Source: Alphaproteobacteria bacterium | Lineage (GTDB): Bacteria > Pseudomonadota > Alphaproteobacteria > CAAHEQ01 > UBA3637 | Direction: 5' to 3' | Length of the DNA: 64,000 nucleotides | NCBI GenBank assembly: GCA_015062395.1 | Contig: SUUS01000003.1 | Coordinates: 29,203-93,202 of the forward strand | Shown: piece by piece, positions 54,176-64,000 of the stretch | Layout of the letters: each line of letters begins with the position of its first letter | Numbering within the stretch: the stretch's first letter is position 1 | Position numbers and translations under genes: made by a program | The notes under the pieces: generated by a model | The model's input: the letters and a program-made list of their open reading frames with translations, nothing else | The model's database searches: none | Told to the model about the DNA's origin: nothing

Positions 54176-54619
54176 ATGAGTTTTAAAAGTGTCTTTAAAA
54201 AAGTTCGTCCATTTTTAGGGCTGGTTATTATGTTATTAATTTTTGGTTTTTGTAGCATGGTTGTTTTCTTTTCTGTTTATTCCATATTGGTTTTGCCGTT
54301 GATGTGGATGATTTTTACTCTTTTACATCAGATGTTTTCACAAAATAAAAAAATAACATACCTTTGGAACGCAACACGTTTTTCTATGTGGATTTATTTT
54401 ATAACGTTATTTTACTTTTTGATTTTTACACCAGAATGGATGCGCACGTTAAGTCTTTATCTAGAACGTAAAAGCTGGTTTAACATTTTTAAAGAAGGGA
54501 CTTTTATGTATGGGCGAATCAGTACGTCTTTTGCTTTGGCAGCGCTTGTTTTTGCTGGATTTATTTTGCATTATCGCAAAAGCCAAAGCAAACAACAAGC
54601 CCTGTCAGATGAAGATTAA
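54176..54619 (+). CDS. Small polytopic membrane protein, function unknown
   Basis: 147 aa with about 4 hydrophobic helices, 15 nt downstream of the lipoprotein gene. Confidence 0.4.
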   Translation: MSFKSVFKKVRPFLGLVIMLLIFGFCSMVVFFSVYSILVLPLMWMIFTLLHQMFSQNKKITYLWNATRFSMWIYFITLFYFLIFTPEWMRTLSLYLERKSWFNIFKEGTFMYGRISTSFALAALVFAGFILHYRKSQSKQQALSDED

Positions 54620-57243
54620 TTTTCAGATAAACTTTTAAGTTCATATAACAAATCCAAAGCTTGTTTTGGGGTCAATGCATCAGGATTAATTGTTCGAAGC
54701 ATTTCATCTGCTTTGGATGTTTGATGGCTTTCTTCTTCTTGCATAACAGAGGCAAACAAAGGTAAATTGTCAACAATCGTTGTTGTATGTGTGTTTTGTG
54801 CTTCTAGTTTTTCCAAAATTTGTTCTGCGCGTTTAACAACAACCGTTGGAAGACCTGCCAATTTACCTACGTGAATACCATAAGATTTATCGACAGCTCC
54901 CTCTCCAACTGTGTGTAAGAAGATAACTTCACTATTCCATTCTTTTATCATCATTTGATGTAATGATAATCGATTAAGTTTTTCTTTTAATGTGGTTAAT
55001 TCGTGATAGTGAGTTGCAAAAATAGTGCGACATTGATTGTGGTCGTGCAGATATTCAACAACAGCCCACGCAATTGATAAACCATCAAATGTTGCAGTTC
55101 CTCGACCAATTTCATCTAATATAACCAAAGAGCGATTGCTTGCGTGATTTAAGATAGATGCTGTTTCAACCATTTCAACCATAAATGTAGATTGTCCTTT
55201 TGCTAAATCATCACTAGCGCCTACTCTGGAGAAAACTTTATCGACAATACCAATGTGCGCTTGAGAGGCTGGCACGAAAGAACCCATTTGTGCCATAATA
55301 GCAATCAGGGCATTTTGTCTTAAAAAAGTGCTTTTACCAGCCATATTTGGTCCTGTTAAAAGCCATAGATTATTTGCTTCATCTAATACACAATCATTTG
55401 ATGAAAAAGTTTGGTGATTTTTTTGTAAAGCATCTTCAACAACAGGATGACGTCCATTTTGAATTTCAAAAGTGTAAGAATTATCAACAATGGGTTTACA
55501 ATAATTTTTTTCAACAGCCAATTGTGCCAATGAAGATGAAACATCTAAATCTGCTAAAGCTCTGGATGTTGCAAGCAAATCGTTGCTGCGCAACATAATT
55601 TGACCTAATAATTCTTGGAAGATTTCTTCTTCTAAAGCTTGCATTTTATCGCCGGCTGTTCTTAATTTCGTTTCTAATTCAGATAATTCAGGTGTTGTAA
55701 AACGAACAACGTTGGCTAATGTTTGTCTGTGAATAAAGCCTTTTTCTGGATTTTGAATCAATGGCATCGCATGCTTGGCTGAAACTTCAATGAAATATCC
55801 CAATATGTTGTTAAATGAAATTTTTAAATTAGGAACTTCAGCTTTTTCAGCATAATCTTTTTGCATATAAATAATAACGGATTTTGAATCGTCGCGGAAA
55901 TTTTTTAATTCTTCCAATTTAGGATGATAAGATGGCGTAATAAATCCCCCATCACGAACCAATAATGGCAAATCGGGTTCCAACGCTTTATAAAGCGTGT
56001 TCGCTAAATCAGAAAAGTCAGCTAAACTGTTTAATGCTTTTTGAATATGCACTGGCAGCTCTGGCACCAAAAAGACGTTGATGATTTTAGGCAGTAATAA
56101 CATAGCATCTCTTAATGCGCCTAAATCTCTGGGACCACCACGACCCAGTGACAAACGAGACAATGCTCTGTCAATATCGGGCAGTTTTTTAAATAATTCC
56201 CTTAATCTTTCGCGTCTGGCAGATTCTTGGATAAAAAATTGAACGCCATCTAATCTTTCATTAATAATGGTTGCATTTGTTTGTGGCGAAGATAAGTATT
56301 CCACAAACAATCGCCCCCCAGCATTGGATATTGTTTTATCCATCACACGATACAGGCTTTTTGCGCCTCTTTCGCCTGACAGAGGATAAAACAGCTCTAA
56401 CGACCGTCTGGTTGACGCATCAATTTCCATTAATTCTTTTTCAGTTTGTTTTTGTGGCGTTTTTAAATTAATGGCATCATTTTTTTGCGTTAAATTAAGG
56501 TATTCTAATAAAACACCAGCCGATATTGTTTCAGCTCTGGTAAACGCACCAAAAGATTCCATCGTATGAACACCATACGCTTTTTGTAGTTTTTCTTTTG
56601 CATTCAGGTACGCAAATCTGGCTTCGGGCAAGGGGCTGATTTTTTCTTCATAAGATTTTAGCGCTTTTTCAAGTGCCAAGTTTTGTTTTTGACCAGACGC
56701 AATAATAATTTCAGCAGGTTCCAATCGAGCCAAAGTATTTTCTAAATTGGATAATTCTACGTCTTGTGTATAAAAGTCGCCCGTTGACATATCTGCCCAA
56801 GCCAATCCGACAGAAGCACCTTCAACAACGCACACCATCAAATAGTTATGACGTTTAGCATCCAATAAAACATCTTCTGTGAGTGTTCCTGGTGTCACCA
56901 ATCGAATAACATCACGATGGACTGTTTCTTTATAGCCACGTTTTTTTGCTTCTTCTGGTGTTTCCAGTTGTTCGCAAATAGCAACTTTATATCCTTTATC
57001 AACCAACTTTGCCAAATATGATTCATATGCATGGAATGGAACACCACACATTGGGATGTCTTCACCCAGATGTTTGCCCCGTTTTGTCAACGCGATGTCC
57101 AATGCAGCAGATGCTTTTGCTGCATCGTCAAAGAACAATTCGTAAAAATCCCCCATTCTGTAAAAAAGCAAGCAGTCAGGATATTTTTCTTTTACAGAAA
57201 AGTATTGTGCCATCATCGGGGTTATTTTTTGTTCTTTTTCCAT
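54616..57243 (-). CDS. mutS: DNA mismatch repair protein MutS
   Basis: N-terminus [34 protein letters not shown], Walker [17 protein letters not shown]. 875 aa. Confidence 0.95.
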   Translation of the reverse strand: MEKEQKITPMMAQYFSVKEKYPDCLLFYRMGDFYELFFDDAAKASAALDIALTKRGKHLGEDIPMCGVPFHAYESYLAKLVDKGYKVAICEQLETPEEAKKRGYKETVHRDVIRLVTPGTLTEDVLLDAKRHNYLMVCVVEGASVGLAWADMSTGDFYTQDVELSNLENTLARLEPAEIIIASGQKQNLALEKALKSYEEKISPLPEARFAYLNAKEKLQKAYGVHTMESFGAFTRAETISAGVLLEYLNLTQKNDAINLKTPQKQTEKELMEIDASTRRSLELFYPLSGERGAKSLYRVMDKTISNAGGRLFVEYLSSPQTNATIINERLDGVQFFIQESARRERLRELFKKLPDIDRALSRLSLGRGGPRDLGALRDAMLLLPKIINVFLVPELPVHIQKALNSLADFSDLANTLYKALEPDLPLLVRDGGFITPSYHPKLEELKNFRDDSKSVIIYMQKDYAEKAEVPNLKISFNNILGYFIEVSAKHAMPLIQNPEKGFIHRQTLANVVRFTTPELSELETKLRTAGDKMQALEEEIFQELLGQIMLRSNDLLATSRALADLDVSSSLAQLAVEKNYCKPIVDNSYTFEIQNGRHPVVEDALQKNHQTFSSNDCVLDEANNLWLLTGPNMAGKSTFLRQNALIAIMAQMGSFVPASQAHIGIVDKVFSRVGASDDLAKGQSTFMVEMVETASILNHASNRSLVILDEIGRGTATFDGLSIAWAVVEYLHDHNQCRTIFATHYHELTTLKEKLNRLSLHQMMIKEWNSEVIFLHTVGEGAVDKSYGIHVGKLAGLPTVVVKRAEQILEKLEAQNTHTTTIVDNLPLFASVMQEEESHQTSKADEMLRTINPDALTPKQALDLLYELKSLSEN

Positions 57244-57309
57244 TGATTTTTCCTTTTTTTTAACGTATGTTTATTCTTGTGTCTTCTTTGATTAGGAATA
57301 TACCATAAA

Positions 57310-58740
57310 ATGAAAAAAAATAAAACAAAAAAAGCACTTAAACAGAACAAAGTTAAACCATCCAGACAGTCTGAAAATCGAATTTTATTTTTGACTGTTC
57401 CAGTTGCGATTTCTTTGTTTTTGTTGATGGTTTTTGGACAAATATCGCCTTTGGCAGCTTTAATTGCTTTTTTATTAACGTTTATTTTGATGTTTTGGTT
57501 GGCGCGTCCGTTTTTAAAGGAGTTGGATACATTAATTACCTATTTAAAGCAAGAAGCTGAAGGCAGAACAACCTTGAAAATGCCAAAATTTTTAAAACGC
57601 AGAAGAGAAGCTTTTAAAATTGTTCAGTCTTTTCATCAAATTAAAATGGGGTGGTTGTTAAAAAATAAGGTTTTAGAAGCGCAAACTTTATCTGATACGG
57701 CTATTTTGGAAAGCTTGCCAGAGCCTTTGTTAATGTTAAATTCTTCGGCCGATATTGTAGGGGCTAATTTATCGGCTCGCCAATTATTGGGGGGAGGCAT
57801 TATCTTTAAGCATTTAACGGATGTTTTGTCTGAAAAAAACTTTCAAACAGCGCTTAATCGTGTTTTGGAACACACCTCCAATCACGAAGAGGTTGAATTT
57901 CACGCATCAGTTCATAATAAAAAGTTTTATTTTAAAGCTTTGATAAATTGGTTGCCTGCGATGACAAAAAATGGTGCTGAATTAGTCGTTGTATTAAATG
58001 ATATTACTAAATTTAAAATTTTTGAAAAAAGTCAGAATGCGTTTTTTGCAAATGCAAGCCATGAATTAAAAACGCCTTTATCTGTTTTGTCTGGGTTTAT
58101 TGAAACGTTGCAAGGTCCTGCAAAAGATGATTCGGATGCGCGAGAAAAATTTTTAAACATTATGGCAGAACAAACGACACATATGACAGATTTAGTTTCT
58201 GATTTGCTGGCTTTGTCCAAGTTGGATTTGGATACAGATGCTCCGACAGAAAACATTTTAATTGCAGATTTAATTCGTTCTGTTTTTCAGGCTTTGGAAT
58301 TAAAAGCATCTTATGCAGGTAAAAAGTTAATTTTAAAGGAAAATGCATCATTGCCTCCATTTAAGGGGCGTTCTTCAGAGTTGTTTCGTGTTTTTCAAAA
58401 TTTAATTGATAATGCGATTAAATACGGAAAAAGCAAGTCATCTATTACTGTGACGTTAGATGTTGTCGCAGATGAGGGGACTTCTTTGCAACAATCCCAG
58501 ATGCCAACACAAACGTTGTTAATTAAAATTCACAATTTAGGGTCTGTCATTCCAGAAGATGAAATTCCTCATTTATTCGAACGTTTTTATCGTATGGAAT
58601 CGAATATGCAGAAATCTGGTACGGGGTTAGGGCTGGCTATTGCAAGCGAGATAATTCAAAAATATCAAGGAAAAATAGACGTTGAAAGCATTGCGCGTCA
58701 AGGAACGACGTTTACTGTGTCATTGCCAATGGGAATTTAA
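57310..58740 (+). CDS. Sensor histidine kinase (PhoR-like architecture)
   Basis: Two N-terminal helices, a PAS-like region, H-box FFANASHELKTPLS, N-box NLIDNAIKYG, G-box GTGLGLAIA. Confidence 0.85.
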   Translation: MKKNKTKKALKQNKVKPSRQSENRILFLTVPVAISLFLLMVFGQISPLAALIAFLLTFILMFWLARPFLKELDTLITYLKQEAEGRTTLKMPKFLKRRREAFKIVQSFHQIKMGWLLKNKVLEAQTLSDTAILESLPEPLLMLNSSADIVGANLSARQLLGGGIIFKHLTDVLSEKNFQTALNRVLEHTSNHEEVEFHASVHNKKFYFKALINWLPAMTKNGAELVVVLNDITKFKIFEKSQNAFFANASHELKTPLSVLSGFIETLQGPAKDDSDAREKFLNIMAEQTTHMTDLVSDLLALSKLDLDTDAPTENILIADLIRSVFQALELKASYAGKKLILKENASLPPFKGRSSELFRVFQNLIDNAIKYGKSKSSITVTLDVVADEGTSLQQSQMPTQTLLIKIHNLGSVIPEDEIPHLFERFYRMESNMQKSGTGLGLAIASEIIQKYQGKIDVESIARQGTTFTVSLPMGI

Positions 58741-59042
58741 TCAAAAATAATGTATTCTTCTTTTTCGATAAGACCTAATTCTTGGTGCAGGGTTTCTTCC
58801 AACATATCAGCATCAAGGTGTTGAGAAGAAAGCAAAGCAACACGTTTTTCCAACATTTCTTTTTGTTTTTGTGTTTCAGATAAGATTTTTCCAGCCTCGA
58901 CCAATTCTTGATTGACGGCAAACCATCTGGATATACCACGTTCACCTTCGATTAAATGATACGTAAAATACAGTGTTATCATCAAAAAAACACAAGGCAA
59001 TATATAAAAATGAAGATGGTCAATCGCTTTTAATTTTGGCAT
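58737..59042 (-). CDS. ftsB: Septum formation initiator family protein (FtsB/DivIC-like)
   Basis: 101 aa with an N-terminal helix, then a coiled coil (GERGISRWFAVNQELVEAGKILSETQKQKEMLEKRVALL) and LDADMLEE. Confidence 0.65.
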   Translation of the reverse strand: MPKLKAIDHLHFYILPCVFLMITLYFTYHLIEGERGISRWFAVNQELVEAGKILSETQKQKEMLEKRVALLSSQHLDADMLEETLHQELGLIEKEEYIIFD

Positions 59043-59044
59043 CG

Positions 59045-60691
59045 TTATTCTTTACTTTCCGTTGCTTTTTCGATGATTTTTTCAGATAAATTAGAGGTTG
59101 TTTCTTCTTCGTTTAGTGCTGTTTGCTTTAATTCTTCAAAATTTTCTTTTTCTCCATAGACGCGCACTTGGTTGCGACCATGTTCTTTAGCAAAATAAAG
59201 CGCATCATCAGCACGTTTGATTAATTCTTCTAAATCATCAGAACAATTTGAACCAACAACACCAATGGAAACTGTAAATTTAAACATTTCTTCAGTTGGT
59301 AAGGGAACAGAACATGCTTCGATATTTTGACGTAAACGCTCTGCAACAATGGCGCCACCATTTAAATCTGTTTGAGTTAAAAGGACAATAAATTCTTCAC
59401 CACCAAATCTGGCAAAAATATCGCTTTCTCGCAATGTTTGCTTACAAACTCGCGCCATCATTTTCAACACTTCGTCACCAAAGGCGTGACCGTGTGTGTC
59501 GTTAACGGATTTGAAATGGTCAATATCCATCATCATTAAACAAAATTGAGTATTATAACGCCACGCTTGTCTGATTTCTTTTAAGGCTAATTCTTGGAAT
59601 TGGCGACGATTATAGCAACCAGTTAATGGGTCTAAAACGGCTTTTTCAAACAAGTCTTGCTCATGTTTCTTTTGTGCCGTAATATCTTTAAAGGCTGAAT
59701 ATAAAACAATTTCATTTTCATAATCCATAACGGTTGCCGAAATGTCCAACCAAAAGGCTTCTTGCGTTCCTGGTTTTCGTAAAATTGCCTGAAAGCCTTC
59801 AATGCTGGGTGACATACTTAACTTATGCAACAATTCTTTTCTGGCATTGGGGTCAACAAAGTATTGTTCTGTTCGAAATTGCTTGATGTTATTTTTATCG
59901 ATATTAAACAGTGAACACGCTTTGTCATTAACCAACACCAATCTGTCATCTTTGAGTGCTGAAATAATAATCGGGAATGGAGACGATTGAATCATCATTG
60001 GGATTTTTTCTTTTGTTTGTTTTAATTCTTTTGTTAATTCTTGGGTTTCTTTACGCAGTTGTCGGATAGTTGTTCTGTAAATTCCCAAAATCATTAAAGC
60101 ATACAACGCTGTTTCTATGGGCCAAGATAAGTCTAACTTAACAGCTCTGAATACATAATATCCAGATAATGCAATTAAGAGCAGTCCACAAAAACGTAAA
60201 TTATATGCTTGGGATGTAAAGCGTGTGAAACAGAAAAATAACGCCAAAACCAACAAGCCAATGCTTAAATAAATATCGGGTAAAAAGCGACTGACAAAAG
60301 GTAATAATGCTAAATATGTCAAAAAATACCAAATCAGCATCGCAAAAAGATAGGCAATCGGTTTTCGAACCCAACCCAAAATTTTGGAATACTCAAAACC
60401 ACCAACAACCATTAAAATTGCAGATAACGCAGACGCTGCTGCGCGCATTGCAGGCATTATTTTATTCGATGCTGATGAATGAAAGGGCGTGATAAAACCA
60501 CTTAAAACAATAACATTAAATAAATCTTTGAATGTCAAGACCAAAAAAGCAAAAGAGGCAAAGACCAAATGATTTTTTCCTAACTTATCATTTTGTCCAA
60601 AGAAAAACAGTGCGTGTGCTACAAAAAGCGAACCAATTAATTCTGGTAAATAATTTTCAAAAATAACGACAACATTTGTCAGCATATTCAA
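59045..60691 (-). CDS. Membrane-bound PAS-GGDEF diguanylate cyclase
   Basis: About 8 N-terminal helices, a PAS-like segment, then a GGDEF domain (RFGGEEF, DIDHFKSVNDTHGH). Confidence 0.85.
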   Translation of the reverse strand: MNMLTNVVVIFENYLPELIGSLFVAHALFFFGQNDKLGKNHLVFASFAFLVLTFKDLFNVIVLSGFITPFHSSASNKIMPAMRAAASALSAILMVVGGFEYSKILGWVRKPIAYLFAMLIWYFLTYLALLPFVSRFLPDIYLSIGLLVLALFFCFTRFTSQAYNLRFCGLLLIALSGYYVFRAVKLDLSWPIETALYALMILGIYRTTIRQLRKETQELTKELKQTKEKIPMMIQSSPFPIIISALKDDRLVLVNDKACSLFNIDKNNIKQFRTEQYFVDPNARKELLHKLSMSPSIEGFQAILRKPGTQEAFWLDISATVMDYENEIVLYSAFKDITAQKKHEQDLFEKAVLDPLTGCYNRRQFQELALKEIRQAWRYNTQFCLMMMDIDHFKSVNDTHGHAFGDEVLKMMARVCKQTLRESDIFARFGGEEFIVLLTQTDLNGGAIVAERLRQNIEACSVPLPTEEMFKFTVSIGVVGSNCSDDLEELIKRADDALYFAKEHGRNQVRVYGEKENFEELKQTALNEEETTSNLSEKIIEKATESKE

Positions 60692-60762
60692 CCCCTTTTT
60701 ATTCTTTTTTGTTTTATCTTAACTGGAAAGGAAAAAAAATTCAAACTTTTTTTAATTTTTGA

Positions 60763-60792
60763 CTTGAAAAATACAATAGTACGCATTATATC
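60763..60792 (+). promoter_or_regulatory. dnaK promoter (sigma70-like; the -35 also matches the sigma32 consensus)
   Basis: CTTGAAA at 60763-60769. Read as sigma70, it is TTGAAA-N17-TATATC. Read as sigma32, it is CTTGAAA-N14-CATTATAT, a weak -10. Confidence 0.4.
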
Positions 60793-60834
60793 TAGTCCAA
60801 GCCAAGAATTAATTATTACAGAAGGAGTTAAAAA

Positions 60835-62745
60835 ATGGGCAAAATTATAGGTATAGATTTAGGTACAACAAACTCTTGCGTTGCTATTATGGAAGGTGGC
60901 GAAGCAAAGGTTATTGAAAATAGAGAAGGTGCTCGTACCACGCCATCAATGGTTGCTTTTACAAACAAAGGTGAACGTTTGGTCGGTCAACCTGCTAAAC
61001 GTCAAGCCGTCACAAATCCAGAAGGAACTTTGTTTGCAATTAAACGTTTAATCGGACGTCGTTATAATGACAAAGTCGTAGAAAAAGATAAAAACTTGGT
61101 TCCTTATAAAATCGTATCTGGTGATAACGGTGATGCATGGGTTGAAGTTCGTGGTGAAAAATATGCTCCATCACAAGTATCGGCTTTCGTTTTGCAAAAA
61201 TTAAAAGAAGATGCAGAAAGTTATTTGGGCGAAAAAGTGACGGATGCAATTATTACAGTGCCTGCTTACTTTGACGATTCTCAACGTCAAGCAACAAAAG
61301 ATGCTGGTAAAATTGCTGGTTTAAATGTTTTGCGTATTATTAACGAACCAACCGCAGCTGCTTTGTCTTACGGTTTGGAAAAGAAAAAGTCTGGCACAAT
61401 TGTTGTTTATGACTTGGGTGGTGGTACTTTTGACGTTTCCATTTTGGAAATTGGCGATGGCGTTTTTGAAGTAAAAGCTACAAACGGTGATACGTTCTTG
61501 GGTGGTGAAGACTTTGATATGCGTGTTATCGATTATTTGGCAGACGAATTTAAAAAGGAAAACGGAATTGACTTGCGCCAAGATAAAATGGCTTTGCAAC
61601 GTTTAAAAGAAGCTGCTGAAAAAGCTAAAATCGAATTGTCCAGCCAAACATCAACAGATGTTAATCTGCCGTTTATTACAGCCGATGCAACAGGACCAAA
61701 ACATTTGAATGTGACAATTTCTCGTTCTAAATTGGAAAGCTTGGTCGGTGATTTATTAGACAGAACATTGGAACCTTGCCGTAAAGCGTTAAAAGATGCT
61801 GGCGTCACAGAAAGCCAAATTGATGAAGTTATCTTGGTCGGTGGTATGACACGTATGCCAAAAGTTCAAGAAATCGTTTCTAAATTCTTTGGTAAAGAAC
61901 CACATAAAGGTGTAAATCCTGATGAAGTTGTTGCAATGGGTGCTGCTATTCAAGGCGGTGTTTTAAAAGGTGAAGTTAAAGACGTTTTGTTGTTGGATGT
62001 GACACCACTTTCTTTGGGTATTGAAACATTAGGTGGCGTCTTTACACGTTTGATTGACAGAAATACAACAATTCCAACACGCAAATCGCAAGTTTTCTCA
62101 ACTGCAGAAGATGGTCAAACAGCTGTGACAATTCGTGTTTTCCAAGGCGAACGTGAAATGACGGTTGACAATAAGTTGTTGGGACAATTTGACTTGGTTG
62201 GTATTCCTCCTGCACCACGTGGTATGCCTCAAATCGAAGTGACTTTCGATATCGATGCCAACGGTATTGTTAATGTTTCTGCAAAAGACAAAGCAACTGG
62301 TAAAGAACAAGCAATCCGTATTCAAGCTTCGGGTGGTTTGAAAGATGAAGATATCGACCGTATGGTTAAAGATGCAGAAGCTCACGCAGAAGAAGATAAG
62401 AAAAAACGTGAATTGATTGAAGCGAAAAATAAAGCTGAATCTTTAATCCATCAATCTGAAAAGAATTTAAAAGATTTCGCAGACAAAGTTTCTGAAGCTG
62501 ATAAAACAGCGATTACCAATGCTGTTGAAGAATTGAAAAAAGCTTCTGAAGGCGATAATCTTGATGAAATCAACAACAAAACAGAAGCTTTGATGAATGC
62601 GTCAATGAAATTGGGCGAAGCAATGTACAAAGCTCAACAAGAACAAGCTGCAGCAGGTGCTGATGCAAATGCTTCTGCTGGTTCAGACGATGCAAAAAAA
62701 GACGATGATGTTGTCGATGCTGACTTCGAAGAAGTTAAAAAATAA
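60835..62745 (+). CDS. dnaK: Molecular chaperone DnaK (Hsp70)
   Basis: [39 protein letters not shown]. 636 aa. Confidence 0.97.
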   Translation: MGKIIGIDLGTTNSCVAIMEGGEAKVIENREGARTTPSMVAFTNKGERLVGQPAKRQAVTNPEGTLFAIKRLIGRRYNDKVVEKDKNLVPYKIVSGDNGDAWVEVRGEKYAPSQVSAFVLQKLKEDAESYLGEKVTDAIITVPAYFDDSQRQATKDAGKIAGLNVLRIINEPTAAALSYGLEKKKSGTIVVYDLGGGTFDVSILEIGDGVFEVKATNGDTFLGGEDFDMRVIDYLADEFKKENGIDLRQDKMALQRLKEAAEKAKIELSSQTSTDVNLPFITADATGPKHLNVTISRSKLESLVGDLLDRTLEPCRKALKDAGVTESQIDEVILVGGMTRMPKVQEIVSKFFGKEPHKGVNPDEVVAMGAAIQGGVLKGEVKDVLLLDVTPLSLGIETLGGVFTRLIDRNTTIPTRKSQVFSTAEDGQTAVTIRVFQGEREMTVDNKLLGQFDLVGIPPAPRGMPQIEVTFDIDANGIVNVSAKDKATGKEQAIRIQASGGLKDEDIDRMVKDAEAHAEEDKKKRELIEAKNKAESLIHQSEKNLKDFADKVSEADKTAITNAVEELKKASEGDNLDEINNKTEALMNASMKLGEAMYKAQQEQAAAGADANASAGSDDAKKDDDVVDADFEEVKK

Positions 62746-62766
62746 CCCTTCTGTTTAAATAAAAAT

Positions 62767-62800
62767 CCGTTTTAAGTTTTTCTTAAGACGGGTTTTTTTT
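62767..62800 (+). terminator. Intrinsic terminator after dnaK
   Basis: 10-bp stem CCGTTTTAAG/CTTAAGACGG (one G-U) with a 5-nt loop, then T8. Confidence 0.7.
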
Positions 62801-62814
62801 ATGCTTATTTTTTA

Positions 62815-62848
62815 TAAAAAAGAAAACCCTCTTTTAACGAGGGTTTTT
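62815..62848 (-). terminator. Intrinsic terminator after carD
   Basis: On the minus strand, AAAACCCTC-GTTAAAA-GAGGGTTTT followed by CTTTTTT. Confidence 0.65.
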
Positions 62849-62866
62849 AAATCTTTTATTTAAATT

Positions 62867-63370
62867 TTAAAGATGTGAAGATTGCAAAATATCTTGAATC
62901 TTACTACCAGCTTCTTCGACGGATATGCTTTCGCATACAGCGTATTCATGAACTAAACGATTGAATGCTTCTTCAAATTTTGCACGTTCACTGTATGACT
63001 GTTCGCCTTTGTCAGCAGGTTTATGTAAATCGCGGACAACTTCAGCAATTTGACAAGGGTCGCCAGAGTTGATTTTTGCATCGTATTCTTGTGCGCGACG
63101 AGACCACATAGTTTTTTTGATTTTAGCTTTTCCCTTTAAGCTTTTTAAAGCAGAATCCATAATATCTTTAGAAGACAGAGGACGCAAATTTGTTTTGCCA
63201 ACGCTTGTCATCGGAATACGCATAGTCATTCTGTCTTTATCAAAATTAACTGCAATTAATTCCAGTTTTTGACCACCAACTTCGGATTCAGTAATGTCAA
63301 CCACTTTACCGACACCATGAGTTGGATACACAACAAAATCCCCCGGATTGAAACGATATTCATTACTCAT
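62867..63370 (-). CDS. carD: CarD/CdnL family RNA-polymerase-binding transcription factor
   Basis: N-terminal FNPGDFVVYPTHGVGKVVDI (CarD_CdnL_TRCF domain), size of 167 aa, and the conserved fdx-carD neighbourhood. Confidence 0.85.
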   Translation of the reverse strand: MSNEYRFNPGDFVVYPTHGVGKVVDITESEVGGQKLELIAVNFDKDRMTMRIPMTSVGKTNLRPLSSKDIMDSALKSLKGKAKIKKTMWSRRAQEYDAKINSGDPCQIAEVVRDLHKPADKGEQSYSERAKFEEAFNRLVHEYAVCESISVEEAGSKIQDILQSSHL

Positions 63371-63473
63371 TTGTTTTCCTTTTCTTCTTTTACAGTACTA
63401 TATGTATAGCACATTTTTTTTCAAAAATCAAATAAAAAAGCCAACAAAATTTAATTTGTTGGCTTTTTGATAA

Positions 63474-63713
63474 TTATTTGTCACAAACAGGCCATTCTTT
63501 TGCTTTTTCAGCGTTGAATGCAACCCATTTTTCGTCTGCATCATCTGCAGAAGCAATTGCACCTTGTGGACATTCAGAAATACAAATTCCACAATCAATA
63601 CATGTATCTGGGTCAACAACAACTTGAGTATCACCTTCATGGAAAGCAGAAACTGGGCATACTTCAACACAGCTTTTGCACAAGATACATGAATCATTTA
63701 CTACTGATGGCAT
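63474..63713 (-). CDS. 2[4Fe-4S] dicluster ferredoxin
   Basis: Two CxxCxxCxxxCP motifs (CILCKSCVEVCP and CIDCGICISECP). 79 aa. Confidence 0.85.
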   Translation of the reverse strand: MPSVVNDSCILCKSCVEVCPVSAFHEGDTQVVVDPDTCIDCGICISECPQGAIASADDADEKWVAFNAEKAKEWPVCDK

Positions 63714-63793
63714 TTTAAACTCCTTATTAAAAATTAGAAAACTTAAACTTTATAGTTCAAAAAAAAGAAAATAGCAAGTCTTTTTTTTTCGTG

Positions 63794-63822
63794 CTTGATT
63801 TTTTCTTTATTTTATACCATAT
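63794..63822 (+). promoter_or_regulatory. Possible sigma32 (RpoH)-type heat-shock promoter of htpG
   Basis: CTTGATT-N14-TACCATAT, compared with the E. coli sigma32 consensus CTTGAAA-N13-15-CCCCATNT. Confidence 0.35.
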
Positions 63823-63858
63823 ATGATACATACAAATATATTAAAAAGGAGTTAATAA

Positions 63859-64000
63859 ATGACACAAACTGAAAAATTTGAATTTCAAGCTGAAGTTGGT
63901 AAGGTTTTAGATATTGTTGTGGGATCGCTTTATTCACACAGCGAGATTTTCTTACGTGAATTGATTTCAAATGCCTCTGATGCAGCTGATAAGTTGCGTT
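63859..64000 (+). CDS. htpG: Molecular chaperone HtpG (Hsp90), 5' part only
   Basis: [47 protein letters not shown] matches the HtpG N-terminal ATPase signature. The ORF runs off the right edge. Confidence 0.88.
   Translation, partial: MTQTEKFEFQAEVGKVLDIVVGSLYSHSEIFLRELISNASDAADKLR

Overview
The window is a visibly AT-rich, gene-dense bacterial chromosome segment. Gene content and order look alphaproteobacterial: mnmE-rho, rsmG-parA-parB, leuS'-lptE-holA, lpxL-lpxK-waaA, fdx-carD. Assigning it to an intracellular Rickettsiales/Holosporales-like lifestyle is inference only. About 60 CDS are supported, most of them housekeeping: znuABC, holA, lptE, miaA, lipid A/Kdo genes, mnmE, rho, dnaQ, rsmG, parAB, ettA, hisS, parE, anmK, mtaB, ftsY, ampG, comM, priA, xer, mutS, dnaK, carD, the htpG 5' end. 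There are two tRNAs, Arg-CCG and Ser-CGA. No rRNA, CRISPR array, transposase or recognisable defence system was seen. Main non-routine observations: (1) A likely oriC lies between rho and dnaQ, with five perfect DnaA boxes, a 35-nt all-A/T tract and a gene-strand switch. (2) A phased triple parS array sits 1.4 kb from it. (3) Four scattered ankyrin-repeat genes share an unrecognised Trp-rich N-terminal cap, and the two largest also share a C-terminal tail. Each of their three transcription units has a near-consensus sigma70 promoter. This is my best candidate for an undescribed (effector-like) family. (4) A 154-bp tandem array is seeded on the 3' end of tRNA-Ser, next to a two-gene membrane-protein islet. 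(5) A 245-nt internal fragment of parE is duplicated 1.8 kb downstream. It lies in frame behind an orphan ORF, and 5 of its 6 differences are synonymous. (6) A LeuS C-terminal-domain-only ORF occupies the conserved leuS-lptE-holA position. (7) A 930-aa polytopic-membrane/HEAT-repeat protein is followed by a stand-alone cNMP-binding protein inside the mtaB-ftsY operon. All functional calls come from motif and synteny recognition by eye; no database search was run.
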